Below, in pieces: positions 1 through 9,429 of a DNA stretch of 37,554 nucleotides; position 1 is the first letter of the stretch, and each line of letters opens with the position of its first letter. Made by a program: the position numbers and the translations under genes. Source of the DNA: Thermotogota bacterium (GTDB taxonomy: Bacteria; Thermotogota; Thermotogae; Petrotogales; Kosmotogaceae); contig JAYEJL010000157.1 in the NCBI GenBank assembly GCA_034660555.1, positions 1 to 37,554 of the forward strand, read 5' to 3'. The notes under the pieces are model-generated. The model saw only the letters and a program-made list of their open reading frames with translations, had not been told where the DNA came from and did no database searches.

Positions 1-24
1 ATCCAAACCATTGGAGTGATAAAA

Positions 25-2625
25 ATGAATAAAGGAACTGTGTTTATTATCTTACTTTCTGTACTTCTTGTTTTTCTAGCAAGCTGTATACCGATAAATA
101 ATGCACCCACCATCGATATTTCAGGTAAGACTGTAGATGAAGGAAGCACTCTAAGTTTTAATCTAAATAATTATGCAAATGATCCTGATGGTGACCAGTT
201 GACTTTTTATAGGATTTCAGGAGTAGGTAATGTATCTGGGTCTTGGTATACATATAATCCTGGATATGATGCTGAGGGAATACATAACGTAACGATACAG
301 GTAAGTGATGGAATAGCAACTGCTCAGTCAACCTTCGAAATCACAGTTAATGATGTTAACAGGGATCCCAATACTCCTTCACTTCCGGACCCTTCAAATG
401 GTTCTGTTGATCAATCTATAAATACTAACCTAAGCTGGACATGTTCTGATCCTGACGGAGATGACTTGACATATGACATATATTTTGGAACCTCGAGCAA
501 CCCATCAGCTGAGTATTTCGGAATAGCAACAGCAAATTATGATCCCGGTACACTGGATTATGATCAAACATATTACTGGAAAATCGTTGCATGGGATGAA
601 AACGGCGCATCAACTGAAGGCCAAGTGTGGCATTTCACAACAGTAGCTGACAATTATCCACCTGAAACACCATCCTTTCTTTCTCCTGCAAATGGTTCAA
701 CTGATGTTTCAGTAAACACAAACCTCAGCTGGACCTGCAGTGACCCTGATGGCGATTCACTTGTTTATGATGTTTACTTTGGTGAATCAAATAATCCTTC
801 TTTAGAAGCCTCCAATATCTCATCGGAAAACTATGATCCCGGAACGCTGGAAGAAGGGAAAACCTATTACTGGAAGATAAAAGCAAAAGACGGTAATGGA
901 GGAGAAACAACAGGTCCTGTATGGTATTTCACCACTGAAGGTTCTTATCATGGTGAAATATACGGAAATGTTCAGCCTTATGATGGATATGTAACCAGTT
1001 CAAGTGAAATCTTGGATTATAGCTTATCGAACTTTTCAAATGAAACTCCAGCAGAATATATTGAAGGCGAATACATTGTTGGGATTAACAGAGACTACAG
1101 CCTAAAAGCTGCATTAACTGTACTTAAAGAAGACGAAATATACAACATGTCTTATTCTGTTAAAGATACACTTGAAACAGCAGACAAATCTTTCGCTTAT
1201 ATGCTCATAGAGTCTGAATTGTCACTAAATGAACTGAAAAATGAACTTAAGACTTACAGCTGGTTCAAGAACATAGAAAGAAACTACGTTTATGAAGCTC
1301 TGGATGTTTACGAACCCAAAGTTGTTCCTGAAATTTATCCAAACGATTATTACTATGACTATCAATGGCATTATGAGACTATAAATCTTCCCGCAGCCTG
1401 GAGTCAGACAACTGGGAGCATAAATGTAGTTGTTGCTGTACTGGATACAGGTGTTAGATTTGAACATCCAGATCTAAATGGTGTTTTCTGGGCTACAGGA
1501 TATGATTTCGTAGACAATGATACAAATCCTACCGATCCGGGTACCACTTCTGAACCAAATGTTCTAAGTCATGGAACTCATGTAGCAGGAACAATAGCTG
1601 CTTTAAGCAATAATTCTGCAGGTGTAGCAGGAGTCAATTGGGGTGGTACTGGTAGCACAAAAATACTGCCTATTAGAGTAATGGGTCCTGATGGAGGATC
1701 CTCCTTCAATGTGGCGCAGGGAATTATATATGCTATTGAACACGGAGCAAAAGTTATTAATATGAGTATAGGAAGCACAGGACCGAGTTTAGCAGTAGAA
1801 GATGCCTGTACATATGGTTATGAAAATGATGTTGTCCTTGTTGTAGCAGCAGGAAATGACAATTCTGGATTACGTTATCCGGCAAAATATTCTGAAACAT
1901 ATGCAGTAGGTGCTGTGAGATATGACTGGCAAAGAGCTTATTACTCAAATTATGGACCTGAACTGGATTTTGTAGCTCCAGGAGGAGAAATGGAATACGC
2001 TGGGGATCCTGATGGGGTATTGAGCACAAGCTGGAGCATTAACTCGGATAATGACTATTTTTATATGTATGGTACGTCGATGGCAGCACCGCATGTATCA
2101 GGTGTGGTTGCACTTATGATATCCAATGGGTTAACAGGAGTAGAGGATATTAGATCTATTCTTCAAGATACAGCAAGAGATCTTGGAGATAGCGGTTTCG
2201 ATAATTACTACGGGTACGGTCTCATAGACGCATATTCTGCGGTAACGTATTCGGATGGCTGGGAACCTCTAATGGTTTACAATACTGATACAATGGGGAA
2301 TGTTGATTCTGTCTCGGTTGTAAACACTGATGGATCCTATAATCTGCAGGTTAATCTTGCCAGTTCTTATGTCTTCGTTTGGCAGGATTTCGATCATGAT
2401 GGTCAAATAGGGTATGGTGATCTATTCGGTTATTACGGTTATTCGGGAGATGACCCCGGTGATGGTACACCTTTATCTGTTTCAGTAACAGCAGGTGGCC
2501 AAACTGAAGCAAACTTTGAATTCGGAGTGTACATAGATCAAACATATAGACCCGTTGAAAATTTTGACAAAGTTATAGAAAAGAAGGAACAGATAATTAA
2601 AGAGCACTATGAAAAGATAAAGTAG
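25..2625 (+). CDS. S8 subtilisin-like serine protease lipoprotein with Ig/cadherin-like domain, two FN3-like repeats and internal propeptide
   Basis: Lipobox LASC after a hydrophobic stretch. Triad motifs VAVLDTG, SHGTHVAG, GTSMAAPHVSG and oxyanion AAGN. RBS GGAG at 13-16 favours ATG 25 over GTG 16. Confidence 0.93.
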   Translation: MNKGTVFIILLSVLLVFLASCIPINNAPTIDISGKTVDEGSTLSFNLNNYANDPDGDQLTFYRISGVGNVSGSWYTYNPGYDAEGIHNVTIQVSDGIATAQSTFEITVNDVNRDPNTPSLPDPSNGSVDQSINTNLSWTCSDPDGDDLTYDIYFGTSSNPSAEYFGIATANYDPGTLDYDQTYYWKIVAWDENGASTEGQVWHFTTVADNYPPETPSFLSPANGSTDVSVNTNLSWTCSDPDGDSLVYDVYFGESNNPSLEASNISSENYDPGTLEEGKTYYWKIKAKDGNGGETTGPVWYFTTEGSYHGEIYGNVQPYDGYVTSSSEILDYSLSNFSNETPAEYIEGEYIVGINRDYSLKAALTVLKEDEIYNMSYSVKDTLETADKSFAYMLIESELSLNELKNELKTYSWFKNIERNYVYEALDVYEPKVVPEIYPNDYYYDYQWHYETINLPAAWSQTTGSINVVVAVLDTGVRFEHPDLNGVFWATGYDFVDNDTNPTDPGTTSEPNVLSHGTHVAGTIAALSNNSAGVAGVNWGGTGSTKILPIRVMGPDGGSSFNVAQGIIYAIEHGAKVINMSIGSTGPSLAVEDACTYGYENDVVLVVAAGNDNSGLRYPAKYSETYAVGAVRYDWQRAYYSNYGPELDFVAPGGEMEYAGDPDGVLSTSWSINSDNDYFYMYGTSMAAPHVSGVVALMISNGLTGVEDIRSILQDTARDLGDSGFDNYYGYGLIDAYSAVTYSDGWEPLMVYNTDTMGNVDSVSVVNTDGSYNLQVNLASSYVFVWQDFDHDGQIGYGDLFGYYGYSGDDPGDGTPLSVSVTAGGQTEANFEFGVYIDQTYRPVENFDKVIEKKEQIIKEHYEKIK
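358..936 (+). repeat. Two tandem intragenic FN3-like domain repeats (358-642 and 652-936, period 294 nt)
   Basis: Both copies share NTNLSWTCSDPDGDxLxYDxYFG...NYDPGTL...TYYWKIxAxDxNG...VWxFTT. Confidence 0.9.
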
Positions 2626-2645
2626 CTGTAATAGTAATTTACTGA

Positions 2646-3911
2646 TCAGTATACAATATCAACAGGTGTGCAGATATTTACGCTGGTGTTGTTTGTAAAT
2701 ACACAATCAATATAAAAGGCAGTGTAATTGTTTATTTCGAGCATTATTTCACTTGATTCAAATTCTTTGGAATGGAAAAATGCATTTCTGAAATCCTGAA
2801 TGTTTGAGTGAGCATAAAATACCCTTTTCTCCTTGAGTTCCCAATCGTTTTCGGAAATTTCGGTTCTAATCAATAAATTATTGTTGGTTATTTCATAAGT
2901 CGCTTCTATTTTCGGAAGCGACTTATTTTCTTCAATAGTAACAAATAAGGCATTAATGGCGTTAACTATGCGTTGCGTTTCTGCTCCATGCCCCTTATTT
3001 GGAGCGTAGACAATCCCATTTGTTCCTTTAAGCTGGTCATAGTAAAGATTTACTGCGTCAACAGGCCAGTAAGGATCATTTGTTCCTACGATTATCAATT
3101 TTGGAATGTTTATCCTGTCTATGTAAGAATAGGGGTCGACAAATTTGAGTAAGTCAATACGATCTTTATCTTCCAGGTCGGAAAGTATTCCCGAACTGAC
3201 ATATTCGTCTATTGATTTACTGTATGAACCCCAGAAATCTAGCTGATGATTCATTTAATCTTTGATATTTAGATTGTCATATGCAATGGGTGCTATTGCC
3301 TTAACCCTGTTGTCAAATGTTGATGTCAGCCAGGTTGTCCATCCCCGTTTAGATCCACCCGAGAGAATGAAATACTCAACATCATGTTTGATGTTAGAAA
3401 CATAAGACTGTACCATATTCATGGAGGCAATTGTCGCCCTGACCATGGGTAAAAGCGTGGGCCATGTAAAGTCTCTGGTTTCCAAAAATTTGTCAAAGGT
3501 ATATGCAATCAACCAGTCTTTTTTTAGATTGCCAAACAATGGCTGGTTTGGAATATCGAAAAGCACTGCAACACAGGCTTTGTTCTCTACCGCGATAGAA
3601 TTAAAGATTGAAAGAAAATCTCTATCGAAGGTATAATCCCCGGTGATAAATACTAGTGCTGTTTTCGATTCAACCTCTTCAGGGAATATGATTAATAAAT
3701 GGTTTTCCCATTTGATATTCTTCCATTCGAAAGGTTCAAAGGTAAACACTTCATATGCAGAATTTGCTGTTTCACCACGTATTTTCACCGAATAATTAGC
3801 TTCATCAAGGGTTTTAGGAAGCTCCTCGATACTAATATAATCCTCCATTGATGCTGAAAACAAAATTCCTGTAATTAACAGTACTATTAGTATTAAAGCC
3901 TTACTTTTCAT
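2646..3911 (-). pseudogene. PqaA (PhoPQ-activated pathogenicity-related) family alpha/beta hydrolase split by an in-frame TAA at 3255-3257
   Basis: Two abutting same-frame ORFs read ...YDNLNIKD*MNHQLDFWG.... Motifs SGGSKRGWTTW, VDPYSY, GTNDPYW, PNKGH. Signal peptide MKSKALIL... from ATG 3911 with RBS GGAGGT. Confidence 0.85.
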
Positions 3912-3997
3912 TTTGTGACCTCCTAATATAAAAACTTTTAGCAGAAATTTCAGTTTTGAAGTAAAATACATAAAGCAAATAATATGGAGTTGGTTTA

Positions 3998-4708
3998 ATG
4001 AAAAAGCTTTTTATTATGTTCTTTATTATTTTAGCAGGAGTGAATACAATGGCATAACAAATACTGGTGGAAAGATTTTATGAATCGCAATCTGTTCTCG
4101 AGGAATTGGTAGAAAAACCTGATAGTGGTGCTTTCAGAGAATTACTTAAAAAGGCCAAAGGCATTGCTTTTTTTCCAAACGTAGTAAGAGGAGGTTTGGT
4201 TGTTGGTGGCCAGTACGGCGAAGGCTTTCTATTAAAAAGAGATAAAGAAAACAATGAATGGCTTAGGCCCCTTTTCTTAAAGCTATATAAAGTTAGTCAC
4301 GGTCCCCAAATCGGGATGGAATCAATTGGATTGATACTCCTGATAATGAATGATAACGGTTTCGAAGGTTTTACCAGAGATAATATTACGCTTGGAGGAA
4401 GTCTCAGTGTTTCCGCAGGACCTATTGGGAGGAGCCTTTCTGCTGATTTTGATTACACCCTGCAGGCGATTCTTTCATACTCTTTAAGTAGGGGCTTCTA
4501 CGCAGGATTCACACTTGAAGGATCGATTATCAAGAACGATAGAGACGCAAATGAAGAATTTTTTGGTAGATATATTGAAACTAAGGAAATATTAAAGAAA
4601 AAAGCAACTGATTATCCCGAGATATCAGATTTGATTGAACAACTTAATTCGTTAATCAACGGTTCACAGAAAGAAAATGACAGAAAGAATCTTGATTCGA
4701 AGATTTAG
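3998..4708 (+). pseudogene. SYLF/Ysc84 lipid-binding domain protein with in-frame TAA (4055-4057) right after the signal peptide
   Basis: ATG 3998 (GGAG upstream) gives MKKLFIMFFIILAGVNTMA*QILVERF..., in frame with ORF 4067-4708. Motifs AKGIAFFP, GGQYGEG, GPQIG, AGPIGR, SRGFYAGFTLEG. Confidence 0.8.
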
Positions 4709-4749
4709 TTTTTAAACTTGCCTAATAAAAGCAATATGACTTTCAGTTT

Positions 4750-6030
4750 TCATGCGAAGATAACAAGCCTTATGAAAAGATAAGCGTTGGATATAACAAG
4801 TGCGACAATTGCTACGGGTAGACCAAGTTTGAAGAAGTCTAAAAATGTATTCTTCTTTCTTGTTTCTTTGTTTACCATTTCAAAGCACATTATATTTGCG
4901 AGATGACCTGTGAGGGTTCCGTTGCCACCAAGATTCGCTCCAAGTGCAAGGGCAATCCAGAGATCATAGGAAAGCGGATAGTGAGCAGATAGTTTTGCCA
5001 CTATGGGTATGAATATGGTTACTACAGGGATAGCTCCTGTGACCATAGCAACAGTACCACTAATCCAGAGAATGGCTGTAGAAAGCATTATAGGATTGCC
5101 AGATAGTTTAAGGATAATATTTGAAAGGTCTCCAGCTATTCCCGACGATTCAAGCGAATGAGCAAGTGCAAAAAGACCAATGAAAAATAATATGGCATTC
5201 CAGTCAATCTCTGTAGACACATCGTCGAAATTTTTGCTTGTATACAGTAACAGGAAAGATCCACCAAGTATTGCAAACAAAGACATCTCGATATCTACAA
5301 CATTATGAATAATGAAACCTGTAACTACAACTCCCAGCGTAACGAGTGAAACCCACATCAGTTTCTTATTAGTAATGAGGCCTTCTATTTTCATCTCTTT
5401 CGTTTCTTCTTCTCTTCTGGAAAGTTTTGAAAGGTCTTTAAGGAAACTAAACCTTGATATAAACATAAGGAATACAAAAGTGATCACGAGAGGAATGAAT
5501 ACCAGAGCGGTAAAAGACATAAAAGGGATTTTTGATGCATTACCTATGATTATGTTGGGAGGATCTCCTACGAGGGTCATGCATCCTCCAATATTTGATG
5601 CGAAGATCATAATTGTTGTAAAGGCGAAGGGTCTAAACTTTGCTGTATCTGCCATAAAGAAGATTACTGGCATAAACATAATCATTGTTGTAACGTTGTC
5701 AAGTATCATAGAGAACAGTGCTATCAGGACTGCAAAAAGTGCAGATAGCAATATAATATTACCCTTTGACCATTTTAGTGTTTTAATTGCAACAAACTGA
5801 AAAAAACCGGTTGATTTGATGATAGCTACAATAACCATCATGCCAATAAGAAGGAATATTGCATTGAAGTCCACAAATTCCGAGATGGTTTCAATGCGCA
5901 TACTTTCTGAAACTTTCAGAGCTACAAGAAGCATACCTGCAGTGAAGGCAAGAAGTACACGTCTCTCTTTTGAAAATATTATGAAAATGAAAGCTACAAT
6001 AAAATAAATTCCAACAAATAATTTTCCCAT
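4750..6030 (-). CDS. ArsB/NhaD (ion transporter superfamily) permease
   Basis: Polytopic hydrophobic protein with ILDNVTT, SNIGGCMTLVGDPPNIII and GANLGGNGT. AAGGTGA RBS favours ATG 6030. Confidence 0.85.
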   Translation of the reverse strand: MGKLFVGIYFIVAFIFIIFSKERRVLLAFTAGMLLVALKVSESMRIETISEFVDFNAIFLLIGMMVIVAIIKSTGFFQFVAIKTLKWSKGNIILLSALFAVLIALFSMILDNVTTMIMFMPVIFFMADTAKFRPFAFTTIMIFASNIGGCMTLVGDPPNIIIGNASKIPFMSFTALVFIPLVITFVFLMFISRFSFLKDLSKLSRREEETKEMKIEGLITNKKLMWVSLVTLGVVVTGFIIHNVVDIEMSLFAILGGSFLLLYTSKNFDDVSTEIDWNAILFFIGLFALAHSLESSGIAGDLSNIILKLSGNPIMLSTAILWISGTVAMVTGAIPVVTIFIPIVAKLSAHYPLSYDLWIALALGANLGGNGTLTGHLANIMCFEMVNKETRKKNTFLDFFKLGLPVAIVALVISNAYLFIRLVIFA

Positions 6031-6248
6031 GTTCACCTTCATCAACTAAAAATACCCACATTATAAGATAATAACAAAAATAACTGACTTTTAGAAATTT
6101 TTTCAAGATTATCTAATAACATTATTGAAAAAGAATCAACAAAAGCTACTTGTGAAAAAGTCTAATAATATGCACCTATTAAGAGACCCTGCTGGTAGTA
6201 TTATATTCAGAAGCAACTTAATGATGATGATAAAACCTGGAGGGAAAA

Positions 6249-7346
6249 ATGAAAATAATAATTGTATGTATTTTTGCCTTGATAGTATTTTCAAGCTGTA
6301 TACCAACGAGTTTGTTTAATGAAAATTCTTATTTCTTGAAAGATTCAGAATCTTTTTCTGTTCTTGCGGCTTCATCTAATAATGAAGTATATTTAGCAGC
6401 GTTCAGAACACTCTATAAAATCTCGAATGGATCACTTAGCAAATATTTTTCTTTTCCTGAGGAATACACAGGAGGTTTTTTCTCTGATCCTTCATTGGAC
6501 AATAATGATAATATTTTAATTTCTGCAAACAGTGCCAGACTCATGAAGATGAATTCGGAAGGTACAGTTTTATGGGAATTCCAGGATGGTTCTGCTACAG
6601 AAACGGACGATATTTTTATGAGCCCTTCTTTTGATGAAGCTAATAATATATATTTTGGAACAACAGGTGGCTTTTTTTACTGTCTTAGTGAAGAAGGCAC
6701 AAAGCTCTGGTCAATTGATGTTTATGGTGAAATTTGGACAAAACCTCTAATAGATGAAGATAAGACAGTTTATTTTGGAACAATGGGAGATTCAGGCAAA
6801 CACGAGTTTTTAGCAGTCCGTGAAGGTGGCATAGTCTGGAGTTTTGAATCTGAGGCAACTTCAACGGGTTTTTATTTCAGCCCCGCAATGGGAATTAACA
6901 ACGAGATATTGGTAGCCTGTCATGATGGATACCTTTATTCGGTTGATTCAGAGACTGGTAATAAGAACTGGGTTGTCAAACTTGCACCAAAAGTAAATGA
7001 TTCAACAATATCCGCCAGTCCCGTTGTTGATAGTATGGGAAATATCTTCATGGGAACAAATGAGGGGTATTTCTACTGTATTTCTAGTGGAGGGGATATA
7101 CTGTGGAAAAAGAATCTGGAAAGTGGACATGTTTCATCAGCTGTGTTATCTGAAGATGGCATTATTTACCTGTTAACAAGGCAACCAGCTACACTTTTCA
7201 AGATAAATAATGATGGTAATGTCCTTTCAAGGAGGAAAATTGGTGATACAAGTTCCGGGCAACCATTAATAACTTCAGAAGGTCTGCTTTACTATTGTTC
7301 AACCCTCAATGAAATCGGTACACGTAACAGAATAATATTACGATGA
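6249..7346 (+). CDS. PQQ-like beta-propeller repeat lipoprotein, C-terminus probably frameshifted
   Basis: Lipobox FSSC. Repeated SP...IYFGT..G.FYC...G...W blades. RBS GGAGG. A remnant tail continues to 7424 in shifting frames. Confidence 0.8.
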   Translation: MKIIIVCIFALIVFSSCIPTSLFNENSYFLKDSESFSVLAASSNNEVYLAAFRTLYKISNGSLSKYFSFPEEYTGGFFSDPSLDNNDNILISANSARLMKMNSEGTVLWEFQDGSATETDDIFMSPSFDEANNIYFGTTGGFFYCLSEEGTKLWSIDVYGEIWTKPLIDEDKTVYFGTMGDSGKHEFLAVREGGIVWSFESEATSTGFYFSPAMGINNEILVACHDGYLYSVDSETGNKNWVVKLAPKVNDSTISASPVVDSMGNIFMGTNEGYFYCISSGGDILWKKNLESGHVSSAVLSEDGIIYLLTRQPATLFKINNDGNVLSRRKIGDTSSGQPLITSEGLLYYCSTLNEIGTRNRIILR

Positions 7347-7470
7347 TATTGGTTCGTTACCTGAAGGCATATGACCACAATGTATGGTAGTAATCAGCAG
7401 CGTAGCGGGTATGTTTATTGGTAGCTGAACTTTCTCAAAATTAATACAGAAGCATTGTTAAAAAGATTAA

Positions 7471-7479
7471 TGTTATAAT
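7471..7479 (+). promoter_or_regulatory. Extended -10 promoter element (TGTTATAAT) for rtcB
   Basis: TGnTATAAT just upstream of the AGGCAGGTG RBS. Confidence 0.55.
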
Positions 7480-7491
7480 TATTTTAGGCAG

Positions 7492-8652
7492 GTGATATGT
7501 ATTCCTTATTTCAGCCCAAAAAAGAAGTTGAAGAGCTGGATTCCTCTGGAAAAAATCGATGAGGATGCCATTCAACAGATAAATGATCTTACCCGTATTC
7601 CCGATATTTTTAAATGGATTGCAATTATGCCAGACGTTCATCCAGGTTTTGGTATGCCAATAGGTGGAGTACTAGCGCTTCGTGAGAATATAATACCTAA
7701 CGCTGTTGGCGTTGATATTGGCTGCGGAGTTATCACGGTAAAAACGAATCTAAGCGTTGATATGGTAAAGCCGGTACTAAAGGATTTATTGACTGAGATA
7801 ATGAATAAAATCCCTCTTGGGCATAACTGGAGGAAGAAACCTTTAGTAAACTCTATTTTTGATGAAACAATAGAAGATAAAACAATCCAGAAGGAATTGA
7901 AAAACGCACAAAGGCAGCTCGGTACTCTTGGCGGCGGTAATCATTTCATCGAGATTCAGCATGATGAAGAGGATGCTGTCTATGTAACCCTTCATACTGG
8001 TTCAAGAAATTTAGGCAACAAGGTGGCTTCAGCGCACCATAAACTTGCCAAACGATATTGTAAAGGAAATAATATTGATGTGCCCCCGGGACTAGCATAC
8101 TTTCCTTATAAATCAACCGAAGGTTCCAATTACTTAAAGGCGATGGATTTTTGTATTAGATTTGCCTCTGAGAACAGACAGAAAATTGCAATCATCGTAC
8201 TCAATATAATGGATGGACTCTTCAATAACCTTGAGGAAATTGAAAGAATTGAAACAATTCACAATTACGCAAAACTTGAAAATCACTTTAATAAACAGGT
8301 GATGGTTCATAGAAAGGGCGCAGTAGAAGCAGAAGGTAAGGTAATAATTCCAGGCTCCATGGGAACCGCCACCTACATATGTGAGGGGCTGAAAAATCCA
8401 GATGCTTTTCGTTCTTGTTCTCACGGAGCTGGTCGTGTTATGGGAAGAAACGAAGCAAAGAAAAAACTTGGATATGAAGATGTAATGAAAGATCTTGACA
8501 AAAGAAATGTAATGGTTGTTTCGCCAGGCAAGAAATCGATAGTTGAAGAGGCGAGGCAGGTATATAAGAACATAGAAGAGGTTATGAATTATCAAAGGGA
8601 TCTGGTCAGGCCTGTTGTAAAACTAACCCCTCTTGGTGTTGTAAAGGGATAA
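7492..8652 (+). CDS. rtcB: RtcB family 3'-phosphate/5'-OH RNA ligase
   Basis: MPDVHPG, VGVDIGCG, GTLGGGNHF, LHTGSR, HNYA, HRKGA, IPGSMG and SCSHGAGR are all intact. Exact start uncertain. Confidence 0.95.
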   Translation: MICIPYFSPKKKLKSWIPLEKIDEDAIQQINDLTRIPDIFKWIAIMPDVHPGFGMPIGGVLALRENIIPNAVGVDIGCGVITVKTNLSVDMVKPVLKDLLTEIMNKIPLGHNWRKKPLVNSIFDETIEDKTIQKELKNAQRQLGTLGGGNHFIEIQHDEEDAVYVTLHTGSRNLGNKVASAHHKLAKRYCKGNNIDVPPGLAYFPYKSTEGSNYLKAMDFCIRFASENRQKIAIIVLNIMDGLFNNLEEIERIETIHNYAKLENHFNKQVMVHRKGAVEAEGKVIIPGSMGTATYICEGLKNPDAFRSCSHGAGRVMGRNEAKKKLGYEDVMKDLDKRNVMVVSPGKKSIVEEARQVYKNIEEVMNYQRDLVRPVVKLTPLGVVKG

Positions 8653-8715
8653 ATTAACATGATAGGTTATTAAATTTACGAAAGGAAACATTGAGTTTTT
8701 TGAAGAGGTGATAGG

Positions 8716-9429
8716 ATGAAATATTTTGTCGGTTGTTCGGGCTGGAAGTACGATCACTGGAAGGATAGTTTTTACCCTGAAGATGTTGCAAAGAAAAGAT
8801 GGTTGACTTATTACTCAAGCCAATTTAATACTGTGGAGGTTAATGCAACTTTTTATGGAAGCATGAAAGAAAAAACCTTCAAGAAGTGGCACGACTCCAC
8901 TGAAGAAAATTTTGTTTTTACTCTGAAGGGTAGCAGATTTGTCACACATAGAAAAAAACCTGAGGAAGCAGGTGATTCAGTAGACAAGTTTTATAATCGT
9001 TCAAAAGCGCTTGAAAACAAACTAGGATGTATATTATGGCAACTGAAGCCATCCTTCAAAAAAGATTTAAAAAGGCTTGAAGCTTTCTGCGATCTGTTAG
9101 ATCCTTCATTTAAAAATGTAATTGAGTTCAGAGATAAATCATGGTTTGACGGCGATGTTTATTCGCTACTGGAAGATAAGAAGATTGGATTTTGTTCTAT
9201 CTCCACTCCTGATCTACCAAATCCAGTTATTGCCACCACTAAGTTCGCGTATGTGAGATTCCACGGTTCACAGACCTGGTACAGAAGTGAATATGATGAA
9301 GTTGAACTCAAGGAATATGTAAAAAAGATCAAAAAGTTGAATGTAGATGAAGTTTACTGTTACTTCAACAACGATGCTGAAGGTTATGCTCCACACGATG
9401 CAAAAAAACTGGAAAAACTACTCTCTTAG
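8716..9429 (+). CDS. DUF72 (YecE-like) TIM-barrel protein
   Basis: GCSGWKYDHW, FNTVEVNATFY, IEFRDKSW, YVRFHG, YCYFNND. RBS GAGGTG. Confidence 0.92.
   Translation: MKYFVGCSGWKYDHWKDSFYPEDVAKKRWLTYYSSQFNTVEVNATFYGSMKEKTFKKWHDSTEENFVFTLKGSRFVTHRKKPEEAGDSVDKFYNRSKALENKLGCILWQLKPSFKKDLKRLEAFCDLLDPSFKNVIEFRDKSWFDGDVYSLLEDKKIGFCSISTPDLPNPVIATTKFAYVRFHGSQTWYRSEYDEVELKEYVKKIKKLNVDEVYCYFNNDAEGYAPHDAKKLEKLLS

Noticed and set aside
358..936. DNA repeats as a CRISPR array or DGR template/variable repeat
   Set aside because: They are in-frame protein domain duplications with synonymous divergence; no spacers, adenine-specific pattern or reverse transcriptase.
3255..4057. TAA reassignment or programmed read-through explaining the two in-frame stops
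   Set aside because: Many intact genes here (rtcB, encapsulin, comM, pcp) end in TAA at the expected family C-terminus, so TAA is a normal stop.
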